From positions 251,782,001 to 251,846,000 of the forward strand of contig OZ024741.1 of assembly GCA_964016885.1 (NCBI GenBank): a DNA stretch of 64,000 nt, read 5' to 3'. Source of the DNA: Eledone cirrhosa (lineage: Eukaryota). Made by a program: the position numbers and the translations under genes. Shown piece by piece: positions 41,445 to 54,726 of this stretch (its first letter is position 1; every line of letters starts with the position of its first letter). Under the pieces are notes generated by a model, which was given only the letters and a program-made list of their open reading frames with translations, had not been told where the DNA came from and made no database searches.

Positions 41445-42406
41445 ATTTCTCTCTGTCTCTCAATCTCTTTCTCTCTTTCTCTTCCTCTATTTATGCAATC
41501 TATGACTAATAGTTATCATAACAGATTACACTGAGAGGGCTCTGTCCCTCCCTCCATCTTCACTCCTTCACTCCTCCCACCCCCACCCCCACACACCGTC
41601 GCACTTCTGAGAGTGGACCCTATGAGTGGGTGGGTGTGATCTGTGTGTGTGTGTGTGCATGTGGTGTAATCAAGAGGGAGGGCCCCATTTATTGCTTCTA
41701 CTCATAACCACACACACACACAATCAAACACATACACAACCGGCTATCTAATAAATCACCATCCACACTAATATATTCCCTGATACACACATACACAAAC
41801 AGAAATACATACAACTGCACACACATGCATACACTTCCACAGACAGACATAAAAACACATATCTGTGTATTTATATATATATATGTGCACCCTTGCAAGC
41901 TGGGAAAAGCGGACATAAAATGATGATGATGATGATGATGATGATGATGTGGACCTACACTAATATCCCCTGATATATTACCCCCTAATTCCCTCCTCCT
42001 TATTGTGTTGGTAGCAGAAGTTGGAAGATAGGTCCTTGTTATAGGTTGACAGAGGAAAAAGAAATTCAGAGGGTAACAAATGCCTTGTACTATTTATCAT
42101 TTATATTCTGGCAAATTGGCAGAGCCTTTAGAACTTCAGATAGACTGGTTTGTCTCTGTGCTCTTTGATTTCAAGTCCTGCAGAGGTCAACTTTGTTTTT
42201 CATCCTTTCAAGGTCAATAAAAAAAATACACTAGTCCAGTACTAGGAATCTCTTTCTCACTCTCTTTTCCAATATAATTTTATATAAGAATATTTTGCTT
42301 GCTTACAAATACCATCTTAATGAAATTATGAGTTTGGTAAATCACCGCTAGAACAAACGATGGCGATGGTCATCTAAAATACATAACATAATGAGGCTGT
42401 TTGCTT

Positions 42407-42600
42407 GCGGTGGATTGGCAGTATCGGTAGAGGGTCGGGCGCCATGCTTTGAAGCATAGAGTTACCTCCCTTAATGATCTGAGTTCAAATCCCGCCGAGG
42501 TTAACTTTGCCTTTCATCCTTACGGGGTCGATAAAATAAAGTACCAGTAATGCACTGGGATAATTGTTGGCCTGGTGCCAAAAGTAGAAACAATTATTAT
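42407..42600 (+). mobile_element. SINE family A, full length
   Basis: Family consensus. Confidence 0.9.
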
Positions 42601-42819
42601 TTGATATAAAACTTAATGAAAATACAAAGTATTTCTAATGAAATATGGTTACAAAAACCCTTGATTAGGGCCTGAATTATAGTAGGGTCCTATAGAGTAT
42701 TTTTTCAGTAGAGTAAATTGAAATTTGTGCCTTAGACAGTATATGAGAGTACCATAATCATTTTATTACTTACAACCTCTAAAGTTCTTAAGGCGTCTTT
42801 GTGAATATCAATGATATAT

Positions 42820-43009
42820 AATAATAATTGCTTCTACTTTTGGCACAAGGCCAGTAATTACCCAGTGCATTACTGGTACTTTATTTTATCGACCCCGTAA
42901 GGATGAAAGGCAAAGTTAACCTCGGCGGGATTTTAACTCAGATCGTAAAGGGACGTAACTATGCTGAAAAACATGGCGGTCGACCCTCTACCGATACTGT
43001 CAATTCACC
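42820..43009 (-). mobile_element. SINE family A
   Basis: Reverse complement match to the family. Confidence 0.9.
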
Positions 43010-43185
43010 TGTGTACAGTGCTCAGGTGCACTACAACTCATCAAAGGTACATGTATAGTACATAGAATAATGTACAAATATCAGGAAAGTGAACAGTGTG
43101 AGAGTCATGATATACATGCAGACACATGCGGGCATGTGTCTGGAGGGGGAATATCAGGTGTAGTGTTGGAGAATTTCGGGAAGCT
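43010..43185 (-). mobile_element. CR1/L2-type LINE 3' UTR
   Basis: Homologous to 13688-13860. Confidence 0.8.
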
Positions 43186-43316
43186 GAGATGTGATGGTCA
43201 AATCACTGAATTCTTTAAATATTCCCTTTCAGAAACTGTCTTTGGGTCGTGGACCTGTTTAGTTTATATTCCTTATGGCTGTGAGTTTTAATCTAAAAAA
43301 AATCATTCCTCTAAGG

Positions 43317-43652
43317 CAGGGGATCCCAAACCATGCACTGCAATGCATCAGTGCACTAAAAGATATATCTAGATGCACAACAAAAGACTAAGATTAAGAT
43401 TTAATATGTGAAAAACACATACTGAAATTCATCTGAAAAACATATTAGCATAACATAGAATTAAAGGGTTCTAGGCAAATTCCCCACTATAAAGCTCTAT
43501 AAGAGAGAATGATCCAAGAACCTTTTAACTCTATGTTATGCTATGTGTGAACACTCTTTTCAATAAATTTTCGAATTTATGGTACAACATGTGGCAGCAT
43601 ATTTTTAATTTTTCAAAAATGTGCTAGAATTAAAAAAGTTTTGGAATCACTG
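43317..43652. mobile_element. hAT-like non-autonomous element with an internal inverted repeat (~43445-43545)
   Basis: TIRs CAGGGGATCCCAAAC / GTTTTGGAATCACTG; 8-bp TSD-like ctctaagg / ctccaggg. Confidence 0.7.
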
Positions 43653-43774
43653 CTCCAGGGGATCAAATATATAATTTGCTATCACACACACATACATGCA
43701 CACACACACATATATGTGTACATATATTATTTATTTATGTCCATATACAGAACAAAGGCACTACTCAACATTTC

Positions 43775-43964
43775 AAGGCCCAATATTTACCATACCTCCA
43801 GAATACAAGAAACATCAAATTTGTGACCTTACTTCAGGTGTTTCTATGAGTTTATATGATACAGTTAAAAGCCTTTTAGTGGTATACACTTGAATAAGTG
43901 TCTGAAGAAATGTCACAAATTTGATGCTTCTTGTATTCTAGAGATATGGTAAATATTGGGCCTT
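43775..43964. mobile_element. MITE with ~60-bp TIRs, possibly Kolobok-like
   Basis: tcaa|ggcccaatatttaccata..atttgtgac / gtcacaaat..tatggtaaatattgggcc|ttaa. Confidence 0.7.
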
Positions 43965-44259
43965 AAAACCTTAGGTAGCGCTTTTGCTCCATGTATGAAC
44001 ATAAATAAATAATATAATATTTCTGCTCTCTTCCCAATTGAGCAGCATATTTCTTTTCACTCCTACGGATATTGCTACATCCATTTCAGGTAGACGCGCG
44101 CCATCATCCACTTTTCTAAAAAACAAATCATACACAAAACGCCAGCACCAACAGTTTTGCAAGAGATGTCAACATGAATGGACCTATTATTTTTATCTAA
44201 AGACATTTTTTCCAATTCCATCCTGCCCGACCCCTCAATCTATTTTATTTCTCATTCTT

Positions 44260-44295
44260 TTTTCTGATGAAGGACTAGCGTTCGAAACGTTAAAA
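44260..44295 (+). ncRNA. Minimal type I hammerhead motif in a Penelope-like pseudo-LTR (~44200-44380)
   Basis: uuuu CUGAUGA aggacuagcguuc GAAA cg UU aaaa; homologous copy at 53693. Confidence 0.7.
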
Positions 44296-44391
44296 CCCTC
44301 TTCCTGCTATATCAAGCATTAACCTAATATATACTTTCCATATACTGTACCGATTGTGTTGTTATTTCTGTTTACCTTTTACATATATATA

Positions 44392-44425
<34 letters not shown>

Positions 44426-44430
<5 letters not shown>

Positions 44431-44830
44431 TGATTTTTCGTTTTCTTTATACTATATATATATATATAGTATAAAGAAAACGAAAAATCAGTGATGCATC
44501 TGGACTCAATTTATTGCGTGTTACAATTGTTTCGCCGGCAGGTAGCTCGAGACATGGTCCCTGTATGGATCTGGCTGATTCTACAGAAACCTTATGGCTG
44601 TGAGTTTTAATCTAAAAAAAGTAATTCTACAGAATCAGCCAGATCCATACAGGGACCATGTCTTGAGCTACCTGCCGGCAAAACAATTGTAACACGCAGT
44701 AAATTGAGTCCAGATGCATCATTGATTTTTCATTTTCTTTATACTATCTACACTCTACTCTGCTGAATATTGAGTGCTAATTTTGGCATACCGCCTATGG
44801 AAGCACCATAGCTACCATTATACACAAGTA
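44426..44830. mobile_element. Nested fold-back Penelope-like fragment (117-bp arms, 44466-44582 and 44631-44747)
   Basis: Inverted arms containing gccggc GAAA caattg TA; extra small palindrome at 44426-44495. Confidence 0.65.
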
Positions 44831-44844
44831 TATATATAGGTTTT

Positions 44845-44905
44845 GCTGTCTGAAGAGATCTGGCTATCATAACTGATAGTCCTCAGTGAAATGTGTACAA
44901 CAGAG
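44845..44905 (+). ncRNA. Degenerate hammerhead-like motif
   Basis: CUGAAGA ..ggcuauca uaac ugauaguc.. GAAA ugug UA; stem I imperfect. Confidence 0.35.
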
Positions 44906-45179
44906 TTTTAAATAAATCTGAATCAACTGATTATGGCCTCCAATCTTTTAATAATATATATATATGCACAAATGTAAGGAATCAAAACATATCAAATGTT
45001 TGATTTTTGTGCTTCACAATAAAAAAAAGCTCAATAGACTTTGTCCACAGCTATAATAATTCAAAAGTAAAAGATATATATTGAGAGAGAAAGTATTCTC
45101 TTGGATATATGGTCCTTTCTTACTCTCTCTCTATATATATATCTTTTACTCTTGAATATATATATATATGTATATATAT

Positions 45180-45368
45180 ATAATTGTTTCTATATTTGGC
45201 ACAAGGCCAGCAATTATCCCAATGCATTCTGGTACTTTATTTTATCAACCCCATAGGTATGAAAGGCAAAGTTAACCTCGGCAGGATTTGAACTCAGACC
45301 GTAAAGGGACGTAACTCTATGCTGCAAAGCATGGCGCCTAACCCTCTACTGATACTGCCAATCCACCG
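45180..45368 (-). mobile_element. SINE family A
   Basis: Reverse complement match to the family. Confidence 0.9.
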
Positions 45369-46449
45369 TATATATAATAACATTAAGAAAGATGGTGATG
45401 TTACATAAATCACATGATCAGCTCACTTAGAAGTTTGATAAACATTATATGAAATATAAAACATCATGTTAAGCACACACCCTTAAATATGTATACATAC
45501 ATGTGTAGCTTGTTATTTTTATACATATATGACAATCCCTCTCAAATAGTGATCTAGGATGTTGTAATATAGTTTATCTGAGTTGTCATGGCTTAACCAA
45601 CCCTTAAACAAACTAAATACATCCTTAAGGCATCAAAGGATGGGTGAGACACTTTAATTCAAATTTAATGCATTTGTTATTGCCCTCAAAAAGACTTTAT
45701 ATATGGAGGGAACTAGAATATTTTAAGTGCTTAGGGCCTCAAAAGACATAATCTTGCTCTTGATAGCTTTAGCAGAATTCCCTCTGATGCAAGCATTTAA
45801 TCCAGATCTCTGGTATGAAGATGCTGATCTCCCTTCCTACCACCAAAGCTGAAGACCCTAAAAATGGTCATGAGTCCTGGTATTCCTACTCAGAGACCTT
45901 GAGAATGATTTTGGGGTCTGCCCTTCTACTTTTAACTAAGTTACATAAAAACAAAAATACCAGTAATGAACTGGTATTAACAGTAAGGATTCTCAACGAA
46001 ATTATTTACACAGTTCCACCATTTTTCAACAGTTCAACCTAGCTAACAGAGACCTTTAGTTTCATTTCTCATAGTTCTGATTTCAAACCCCAGTAGGTTG
46101 CTGCAGTTAGGTTCCTTAACCCCATATCAGCTTTCATCCAGCATATCTGTGATCAAAGATGTTCCAACTGTGACCATCATGTCTTATATTCAGACATGGT
46201 CTATCTAGAACAACATTATCCAATATCCATCCTTTTTTGTTAAGAATTGTAGTGTTTTGAGGAAACTTGATTGCTATTTCTAGCAGGTCAAGTGACCATG
46301 TTGAAGTTTATCATAATTTGGATGATAATGATGGTGATGATGATGATGAGAATGATAGTTGTGGTGGTGAAGAGTGATGATGTAATGAATGTCTAACACA
46401 ATCTAGTTGGGTACCTTACTGTTCTGAGTTCAAATCCTGTAAGTATATG

Positions 46450-46665
46450 GTTGTTGTTGTTGTTGTTTAGCCCTAGTTCAATCTTAATCCAGCAGACATA
46501 TTGATCAAAGGCATTCCAGTCGTGACCATCCCATAATTTTGTATATCAGGGGCTACATTTTTCAATATGTCCTTCTTCTTTTAAGACGACAATTTGTGAT
46601 TTGAAGGGAATTTGGTTGCTATTTCTAGCAGGTCGAGCAACTGCGTAGAGGCTTCCTTGTTGTCT
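46450..46665 (-). mobile_element. Third interspersed repeat with (AAC)n tail, SINE-like
   Basis: Related copies at 46110-46310, 32230-32330, 36590-36750, 8630-8690 (tgctatttctagcaggtc, gatcaaag..ttcca..gtgaccatc). Confidence 0.65.
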
Positions 46666-47005
46666 CGTGTATTTCTGAAATTGATGAAATAAGTATCAAT
46701 AACATCCCGGAGAAGTCAACTTTGATTTAGAGTTAACCCTGCATCTTTATCAGAATACATTGGGGGAAATAAAGGACTGATGCAACACCAGATTAGATAT
46801 ATCACAGAAAGTAATTATTTCCATTTTCATTCTCAGATCAAAATCCCACTATCCCATCAAGTTCAACTTTAACTTTAATCCTTCTGAGGATAGGGTGCAG
46901 GGTGTGAGGTCAATAAATAAAATACAAGTTATGTACTGGTTTATTTTAATTAACTGTACCTTTACCGTAAATATTCTGCTCTATTGTCTATGTTAGAAAC
47001 CATCT

Positions 47006-47057
<52 letters not shown>

Positions 47058-47184
47058 GTGTTTTGGTGGTGGGTAAAAACGACGTCGTTCTTGGGGATAC
47101 TCTAGGGGGTCAATGAAACCCAACTAACCACTCTTTTCTAGAGAAATTTCCACCCAGAGCCCTTTGATAACATAATTTAATGTA

Positions 47185-47375
47185 AGAATTTGAAGGGAAA
47201 GGAAAAGTTGATTAAATTGACCCCAGTACATTACTAGTGTTTTATTTTAACAACCCTGTAAGGATGAATGGCAAAGCTAGCCTCAGCATGATTTGAACTC
47301 AGAATGTAAAGGGCAGTAACTATATGCCACAAAGCATGTTGTCTAATTCTCTATTGATACTACCAATCTAACACC
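47185..47375 (-). mobile_element. SINE family A, older variant
   Basis: ccccagtacattactag..aaggatgaatggcaaag..atttgaactcagaa. Confidence 0.8.
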
Positions 47376-47494
47376 CTCTTAATATATTTTTCATAATGAA
47401 ATGATTAATAATTTTAGTAAATCCCTCCAAATACTTATTAATTGATTAACAGTGTATTTCATTAGAAATATTGTAATGAAAGGGGTTAAGATAT

Positions 47495-47900
47495 TTGGTC
47501 TTTGGCTTCAGAACCGACTTCCAGATGGATAAAAATCGATATGATGTTCCAAGTAAGTTGGCCAGTCTCATTCAGAAATAGGCTGAGGAAGCTATTTCTG
47601 AAAGGACAGGCAGAAGGGATTAATGCATACATAATTTCCAACCTTTATCATTACCTAACCATCACCTTTTGCCCATGTTTTAATCTGACCTAAGGCTCTG
47701 CTTTATCACTTTGTATGGAAGGGATATGTTCGATTAGGTCAGGTGGTCCATCTATGCAGTGGACTCGACATGTCATGGTTGATGATGCATAAATGTGCAC
47801 AATGGCTGCAGCATCTGCACAGTTCCCTGGACAATGAACAGATATGGCTGGCATTCATCATGCATGTCTTACCCCTCACAGCTTGTCTTGATGATGGATG
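47495..47900 (+). mobile_element. Decayed L1/Tx1-type ORF2 fragment
   Basis: RKLFLKGQAEGINAYIISNLYHYLT...FVWKG, resembling the RxLSLKGR..FxWxG region. Confidence 0.6.
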
Positions 47901-48485
47901 TGACCAAGGCTGGGCACTAGAAATCTAGGTATATCTAAATGTAGTTTAAACACACACAGTTCTCTACTAGTGATGTAACATAGTTGGTGGTACATCAACC
48001 TTTGCATTCGATAGAGGTTAGTGGTGGACATGAGTTACAATGTTCTCAAGAAGAATCTAGTTGTCAGAGAAGATGAACAACTAAACACTGAAGATGTTGT
48101 TGTAAGTGTTGTTACTGTTGTTGTTGTTACTATTGTCAATACCATTTATGTCATTTAATACATAGCAAAATTCTTTGAATAAAGAGATGAATAGTAACAA
48201 CAACTGAAACAACAACACAGCAACTACAACACCAATAACAGAAACAACAATGACAACAGTAACAAGAATGGAAAAAAATAGGAACAACAAGAACAGCAAT
48301 ATAAACCACCAACCCTTCTATGCTAGTTGAAATTGTTCGAATTTGAAAATTTAGAATATTTGATGAAATATTTTCCTACACAACATATGCATACAGATAC
48401 ATAGACAAAGGCTCACGCACACACACACACATATATATATATAAGTATAAGTATATATATATATATATAAGTATAAGTATATATA

Positions 48486-48549
<64 letters not shown>

Positions 48550-48740
48550 AGTATATATATATATATATGTGTGTGTGTATACACATATATATATATGTAT
48601 GTATGTATGAGTGTGTGTATGTGTGTGTGAGGATATTCCTAAGAATGTGTGTTTAAAATACAAGTCAGTGCCATTTCTCTCTCTCTCTCATATATATAGA
48701 TAGATAGATAGATAGATATATACATACACACACATATGTG

Positions 48741-48834
<94 letters not shown>

Positions 48835-49059
48835 CACGCACATATACATACATATATACTATCACATCACATAGTCACACGTGTGAAGAATGTGATGATA
48901 TCTCGCCCCTCCTTCCCTGCCCACCACTATCAATTCCCTGTAGTTACACACAACATTATTGTTGTTTGATAAAAGGATGCGAGAACAATACCAAACCTAT
49001 TCAATATAAGTGTGTGTGTCTTGATACACACACACTTATATATAGCTACATGCACACGC

Positions 49060-49214
49060 ATATACACACATATGTAAGCATGCATGTATTTATGTATGTA
49101 TGTATGTATGTATATATGTATGCATGCATGTATATATGTATATATGTATGTATGCATGTATGTATGTATATATGTTTATATGTATGTATGTAAGTATGTA
49201 TGTAAGTATGTATG

Positions 49215-49246
<32 letters not shown>

Positions 49247-50198
49247 CATGTATATATGCATGTATGTTTGTATGTATGTTTGTATGTATGTATATATTAT
49301 GTATGTTTGTATGTATGCATGTATGTATATATGTATGTATATATGTATGTATGTTTGTATGTATGCATGTATGTATATATGTATGTATGTATGTATGTAT
49401 GTTTGTATGTATGCATGTATATATATATGCATGTATGTATATATGTATGTATGTATATATGTATGTATGTATGCATGTATGTATGTATATATGTATGTAT
49501 ATATGTATGTATGCATGCATGTATGTATGTATATATTTATGTATGTATGTATGTATGTATATATGTATGTATGTACGTATGTATGTATGCATGCATGTAT
49601 GTATGTATATATGTATGCATGTATGTATGTATATATGTATGCATGAATATATATATGTATGTATGTATGCATGTATATATGCATGCATATATGTATGTAT
49701 GCATTTATGCATGTATGCATTTATATGTGTATGTATGCATTTATATGTGTATGTATTTATGTATGTGTATGTGTGTAAGTATGCCAAGTATATATATGTT
49801 TGTATGTGTGTATGTATATATGTATGTATGTATATATGTATGCATATATATATGTTCATATATGTCTGTGTGTTTGCGTGAATTTTAGTTATTAAATATT
49901 TTAATGATATAACAATCCATTTATTATATCTTTATATTTATTTACATTCTTCTTATTCTTTCCCTCCTCTTTCTAATTCTTTCTTTGTTCTTCTTCATAT
50001 TTCTAAATCTTTGTAACTATATCAAACACAAAAATCTCTGCTTACACATCTTCATACATATATGCCTGTCTCTATGTGTGCATGTGTGTGTTTTTGTGTG
50101 TATATATGTATGAAAAATGTTATATGTGTATCAATCTATCTATCTATATGTATGTGTGTATGTATAAATATATATATATGTGTGTATGTATATATTTG

Positions 50199-50231
<33 letters not shown>

Positions 50232-50288
50232 ATATGTATATATTTGTATATATATATATATTTGTATGTGTGTGTATGTATATATTTG

Positions 50289-50326
<38 letters not shown>

Positions 50327-50342
50327 AATATGTATATACTTG

Positions 50343-50373
<31 letters not shown>

Positions 50374-50426
50374 ATATGTATATATTTGTATATATATATA
50401 TTTGTATGTGTGTGTATGTATATATT

Positions 50427-50476
<50 letters not shown>

Positions 50477-50576
50477 AATATGTATATATTTATATATATA
50501 TATATATATATATATGTGTATATGTATATATTTGTATATATATATATATTTGTATGTGTGTGTATGTATATATTTG

Positions 50577-50613
<37 letters not shown>

Positions 50614-50624
50614 ATGTATATATT

Positions 50625-50683
<59 letters not shown>

Positions 50684-50716
50684 GTATATATTTGTATATA
50701 TATATATATATTTGTA

Positions 50717-50793
<77 letters not shown>

Positions 50794-50850
50794 ATATGTA
50801 TATATTTGTATATATATATATATATATATTTGTATGTGTGCATGTGAATA
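49060..50850. repeat. (TATG)n and (TA)n/(TG)n compound microsatellites
   Basis: Direct reading. Confidence 0.95.
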
Positions 50851-50869
50851 TGTTTATGCACATAATCAT

Positions 50870-51500
50870 CATCATCCTCATCATCACTATTTCTTGTCCT
50901 CTTTCCCATGCTTTTATAGAATGGACAGGTCTTTTCCAGAACAACATCCTACCATTCTTTGTGTTCCTTTGTCATCTCTTTTGTGAGTTTCAGTGATTTG
51001 AGATCAGTTCTCGCCACCTCTGCTCAGACCATCCTTGTTCGTCCTCTACTGCAGCTAATTTCCTCTGAGATTTCTTGGTACTTTTTACCCACTGATCATC
51101 AACCATACACATCACATGTTCATACCAGTGCAGTCATCTCTAATACACACTACATCTGGTTCTTCTTATACTCAGTTATCCTCTCAGCTCATCCTGGCTT
51201 CATCATTCATGCACATTAACCCTTTAGCATTTAAACCGGCAATATCCAACCAGAATTATCTCACCTCTTTCTGTCTAAACTGGCTGTAACCGGCTACTCA
51301 TACTGACGTTATGATATTGTTCTCAAAATAGATAATATCAAAATCTCATAGATTCAATATTATATGAGATAATTATGTGAGATAAAGCCTTTACCATGAA
51401 AATACAATAGTATATATAGAGTAATATAAATGCTAAAGGGATAACATTGCACAACCATCAGAGCATGCTAGCTTCATTTCTTTCCTGATTTCACACATCC
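50870..51500 (-). mobile_element. Old RTE 3' end interrupted by a piggyBac-like MITE
   Basis: Minus strand RNEASML*WLCNV, then MITE, then LHWYEHVMC. Confidence 0.65.
51220..51440. mobile_element. piggyBac-like MITE
   Basis: TTAA|CCCTTTAGCATTTA...TAAATGCTAAAGGG|ATAA; same family at 58132. Confidence 0.85.
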
Positions 51501-51762
51501 TTTGCATTCACAAGTCATTTTGGTGCCATGACAAAAAGTGCCCTGTCCACATTGTAAAGTGGTCATTTCGGTGTCACAAACAATAAAAAGCACACAGTCC
51601 ACACTTTAAATGTAATTGGCATTAGGAAGGGCATCCAACCATAGAAACCAAGACAGAAACAGTTCTGTATGAGGAAGACATGGTCACCTGACCTGACTTG
51701 TCTCAAATAACTCATCTAACTAGTGGAAAAATGGATGTTAAACGGTTATGATGATGATGATG

Positions 51763-51832
<70 letters not shown>

Positions 51833-52959
51833 CAGACACATGTGCAAGTACTATGACACCAAACGTAACAGTAGTGAGTGACCATAGGTTGCAATGATGG
51901 TGATCAAATGGAAATAGTACAGGGTTTGGGAGAAACATTTAGTCTGAATGAAAATGTGATAACCTATCTAGTGCTGGTGTCATAATAAAATGCACCAAAT
52001 AAACTCTGTAAATAAAGTGTTAGTGCTGGTGCCACAAATACGCAACCTGTATAGTCTTGAAAGTGTTAGTGGTAATGTGCAGCAGAAAACTGCTCACTGT
52101 ACACTCTGTAAGGCAGTTGATGTTAGGAAGGTCTTCTAGATATAGAGCTCACAGCTCCCAAAAACAAGCTGTATAGGACTGAACAAAGGAGAGACACAAA
52201 ATATTAAAGGTTGTCACTGAGGAGGTCAAAGAATGTGTGAGAAAAGAGCTTTGACAATAAAAAAAAAAATACAATATGCATATATATATATATATATATA
52301 TATAAATACATCCAGTTTAGAATAGGTATGCCATATCCTTGCATGTCACAAGAAGCAACTAACGGAGTTAGTGTCAGGAAGGGCTTCCAACTGTAAAACT
52401 TTGTTTCAAAACATACTGTCCAATCTATGCCAGCATGGAGAATTGGATACAAAACCTCTCTAGTATTGATGATCTAGACAATAAACTCACCCAGTACACA
52501 CTATAATGTGGTTGGTGAGAGGAAGAGCATCCAGATGTATAAAGCTTGTCAAATAAAGGGTTTGGAGGACCCTTCAGTCATGTCAAGAACATAACAGCCT
52601 CCCTAATGTTGATCTATGCAATAAATGTATCCAGTACATGCTGTAAAGAGGTTGGCGATAGGGACAGCATCCAGCCATATAAAGCTTGCCAAACAAAGAG
52701 TTAGGAGGGCCCTTCAGTTGTGTAAGACATGACAACCTCTTTTGTGAACTCAGTAGAACCTGAGACCATACATAAGCATGATGCAGAGTCCCTGATATTT
52801 TTTCAGAGGTCAGAATACTTGCTTCAGTACTGACTTGGTCTATGTAGACTCGTCCAACCTTTGCTAGCAGAGAAAGTGGATGTTAAATGATGATGATCAG
52901 GAGGAGGAGGATGAAACCATCGGTGCATCAAATGGATTGAAATTTTTAGAAAATGTAGA

Positions 52960-53054
52960 AAATCTCAAATGCAGAAAATAAGTGTAAACAATTTTTCAGG
53001 CTATTATTTATAGCAATCGGCCATTTTTACAGTTATTTTCTGCATTTTAGATTT
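52960..53054. mobile_element. Short MITE-like inverted repeat
   Basis: aaatctcaaatgcagaaaataagtgtaaa / tttacagttattttctgcattttagattt. Confidence 0.5.
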
Positions 53055-53073
53055 TATATATAATTTTATTTAT

Positions 53074-53521
53074 TCAGTTTCTTGCAACATAGCTATGATG
53101 TTTCAGCAAAGTTAGCTGGTTGTTTGCTGAGATTTTTGAGAGAAGTTCTGTTTGTTATCCAAGTCTTACATGTATACAGTTTGTTAGTTGGGTATGTGTG
53201 TAGGGCGTATTAGGAGTATGGGAGGGAGAACTGTAATAACTGAAGATTGAACGAATTGTTGATATAATCATAGTATTTCTTTTTTTTTTTTTGTAATTTA
53301 ATCTAGCTATCTGGTCAGTGGATATGGAAACAAAAGAAGGTTTTAGTAAGGAGAGCTGGTTAAAAGTAGAATTTTGAGGAAATGATCCTAACATTCCCTA
53401 CACAAACTCAACCATTTAACTACTTGAAAGACTTTGACAACTGACAGCTCTTCTCTGAAAAAGGTCAGCAAATAACCAGCTTGTTTGATGAAATCTCATA
53501 GTTATGTTGTATGAAACTGAA
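53074..53521. mobile_element. MITE-like element with ~80-bp diverged TIRs
   Basis: ttcagtttcttgcaacatagctatga..agctggttgtttgctga / tcagcaaataaccagct..tcatagttatgttgtatgaaactgaa. Confidence 0.6.
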
Positions 53522-53692
53522 TTTTTAAAAATCATATATATTATCTATTGTCAATACTGATTTCTGCCATTCTACCCGATTTAAAATGGGGGACTGAATA
53601 CACATGTGCTTTTTCTCAAAAAACTTTTTTCCGTTCCATCCTCTCCTTACTCTCTATCTTTCTAGTTGATCTTTTATTTATTTCTCATTCTC

Positions 53693-53728
53693 TCTTCTGA
53701 TGAAGGACTAGAGTCTGAAATGTAAAGA
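53693..53728 (+). ncRNA. Minimal type I hammerhead motif, CpG-decayed
   Basis: ucuu CUGAUGA aggacuagagucu GAAA ug UA aaga. Confidence 0.6.
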
Positions 53729-53929
53729 CTCTTTTCCTACTATATCAAGCATTAAACTGATATATTTATTCATTTATATATAGATGCTTCTCGGGCTGAG
53801 ACATATACCATCTCCCCTTCCATAAGCCTCCCTTATACTTACATCCCCAATTTCCTAAAGCTTATTCCCCACCCCTCCCAAGTTCCCAACCTCCTCTATA
53901 AAGTGATCACCCCCTTGAGCCACAACAAA

Positions 53930-54252
53930 AGAGCCCAGTCCACTATAGTGGTCATGTAGGTGTCATGACAAAAGCAAGTGCCCAGACTGCAATGTAAAGT
54001 GGTTGTGTAGGTGTCATTGCAAAAAGCACCTAGTCCATGCTGTAAAGTGGTAGTATAGGTGACACAGCAAAAAGCACCCAGTATTCACTGTAAATGAGGT
54101 TGGAATTAGGAAGGGCATCCAGCTGTAGCTGTAGAAACCAAGCCAAATCAGTTCTGTGTGAGTGAATCACGGTCCCCTATTCTGATCCCTCACAAAGGGA
54201 GATCCCATCCTACTCATGCTAACGTAGAAGATGGATGTTAAATGATGATGAT
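53930..54252 (+). mobile_element. SINE B / RTE-UTR-type 3' fragment
   Basis: Three ~48-bp units, ttaggaagggcatccagc, ggatgttaaatgatgatg. Confidence 0.75.
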
Positions 54253-54647
54253 GGAGTTTTGATAACATGCGGTCGGTAAATAAATGTCTTTTTTTATATT
54301 ATCTAATGATTCTGACGATTTCTCTACAAAAGTATTAAATGCTACCTCCTTCTGAATTTGAATGAAACATATGTAAATCAATTAAATAATGTATTAATGT
54401 ATTGAACCACAGTTATTTATTGATTTATATATGGTCTGTGAATTTGTAATACTATGATGACTGGAAATTTACAAATTGGATTTAATTTTGAACTGTCCTT
54501 TGCCAAACTTGATGTGGATAAAATCACATTAGAGCTTTGAATATTTGACTGCCTTATGCAGTTGTATCATTAACTCATATAATTTATCTTATATATATAT
54601 ATATATATGTCTGTGTGTGTGTGTATGTGTGTGCATGCCTGTATGTA

Positions 54648-54685
<38 letters not shown>

Positions 54686-54726
54686 CACATATATATATAT
54701 ACATATATATACATATACATATATAT

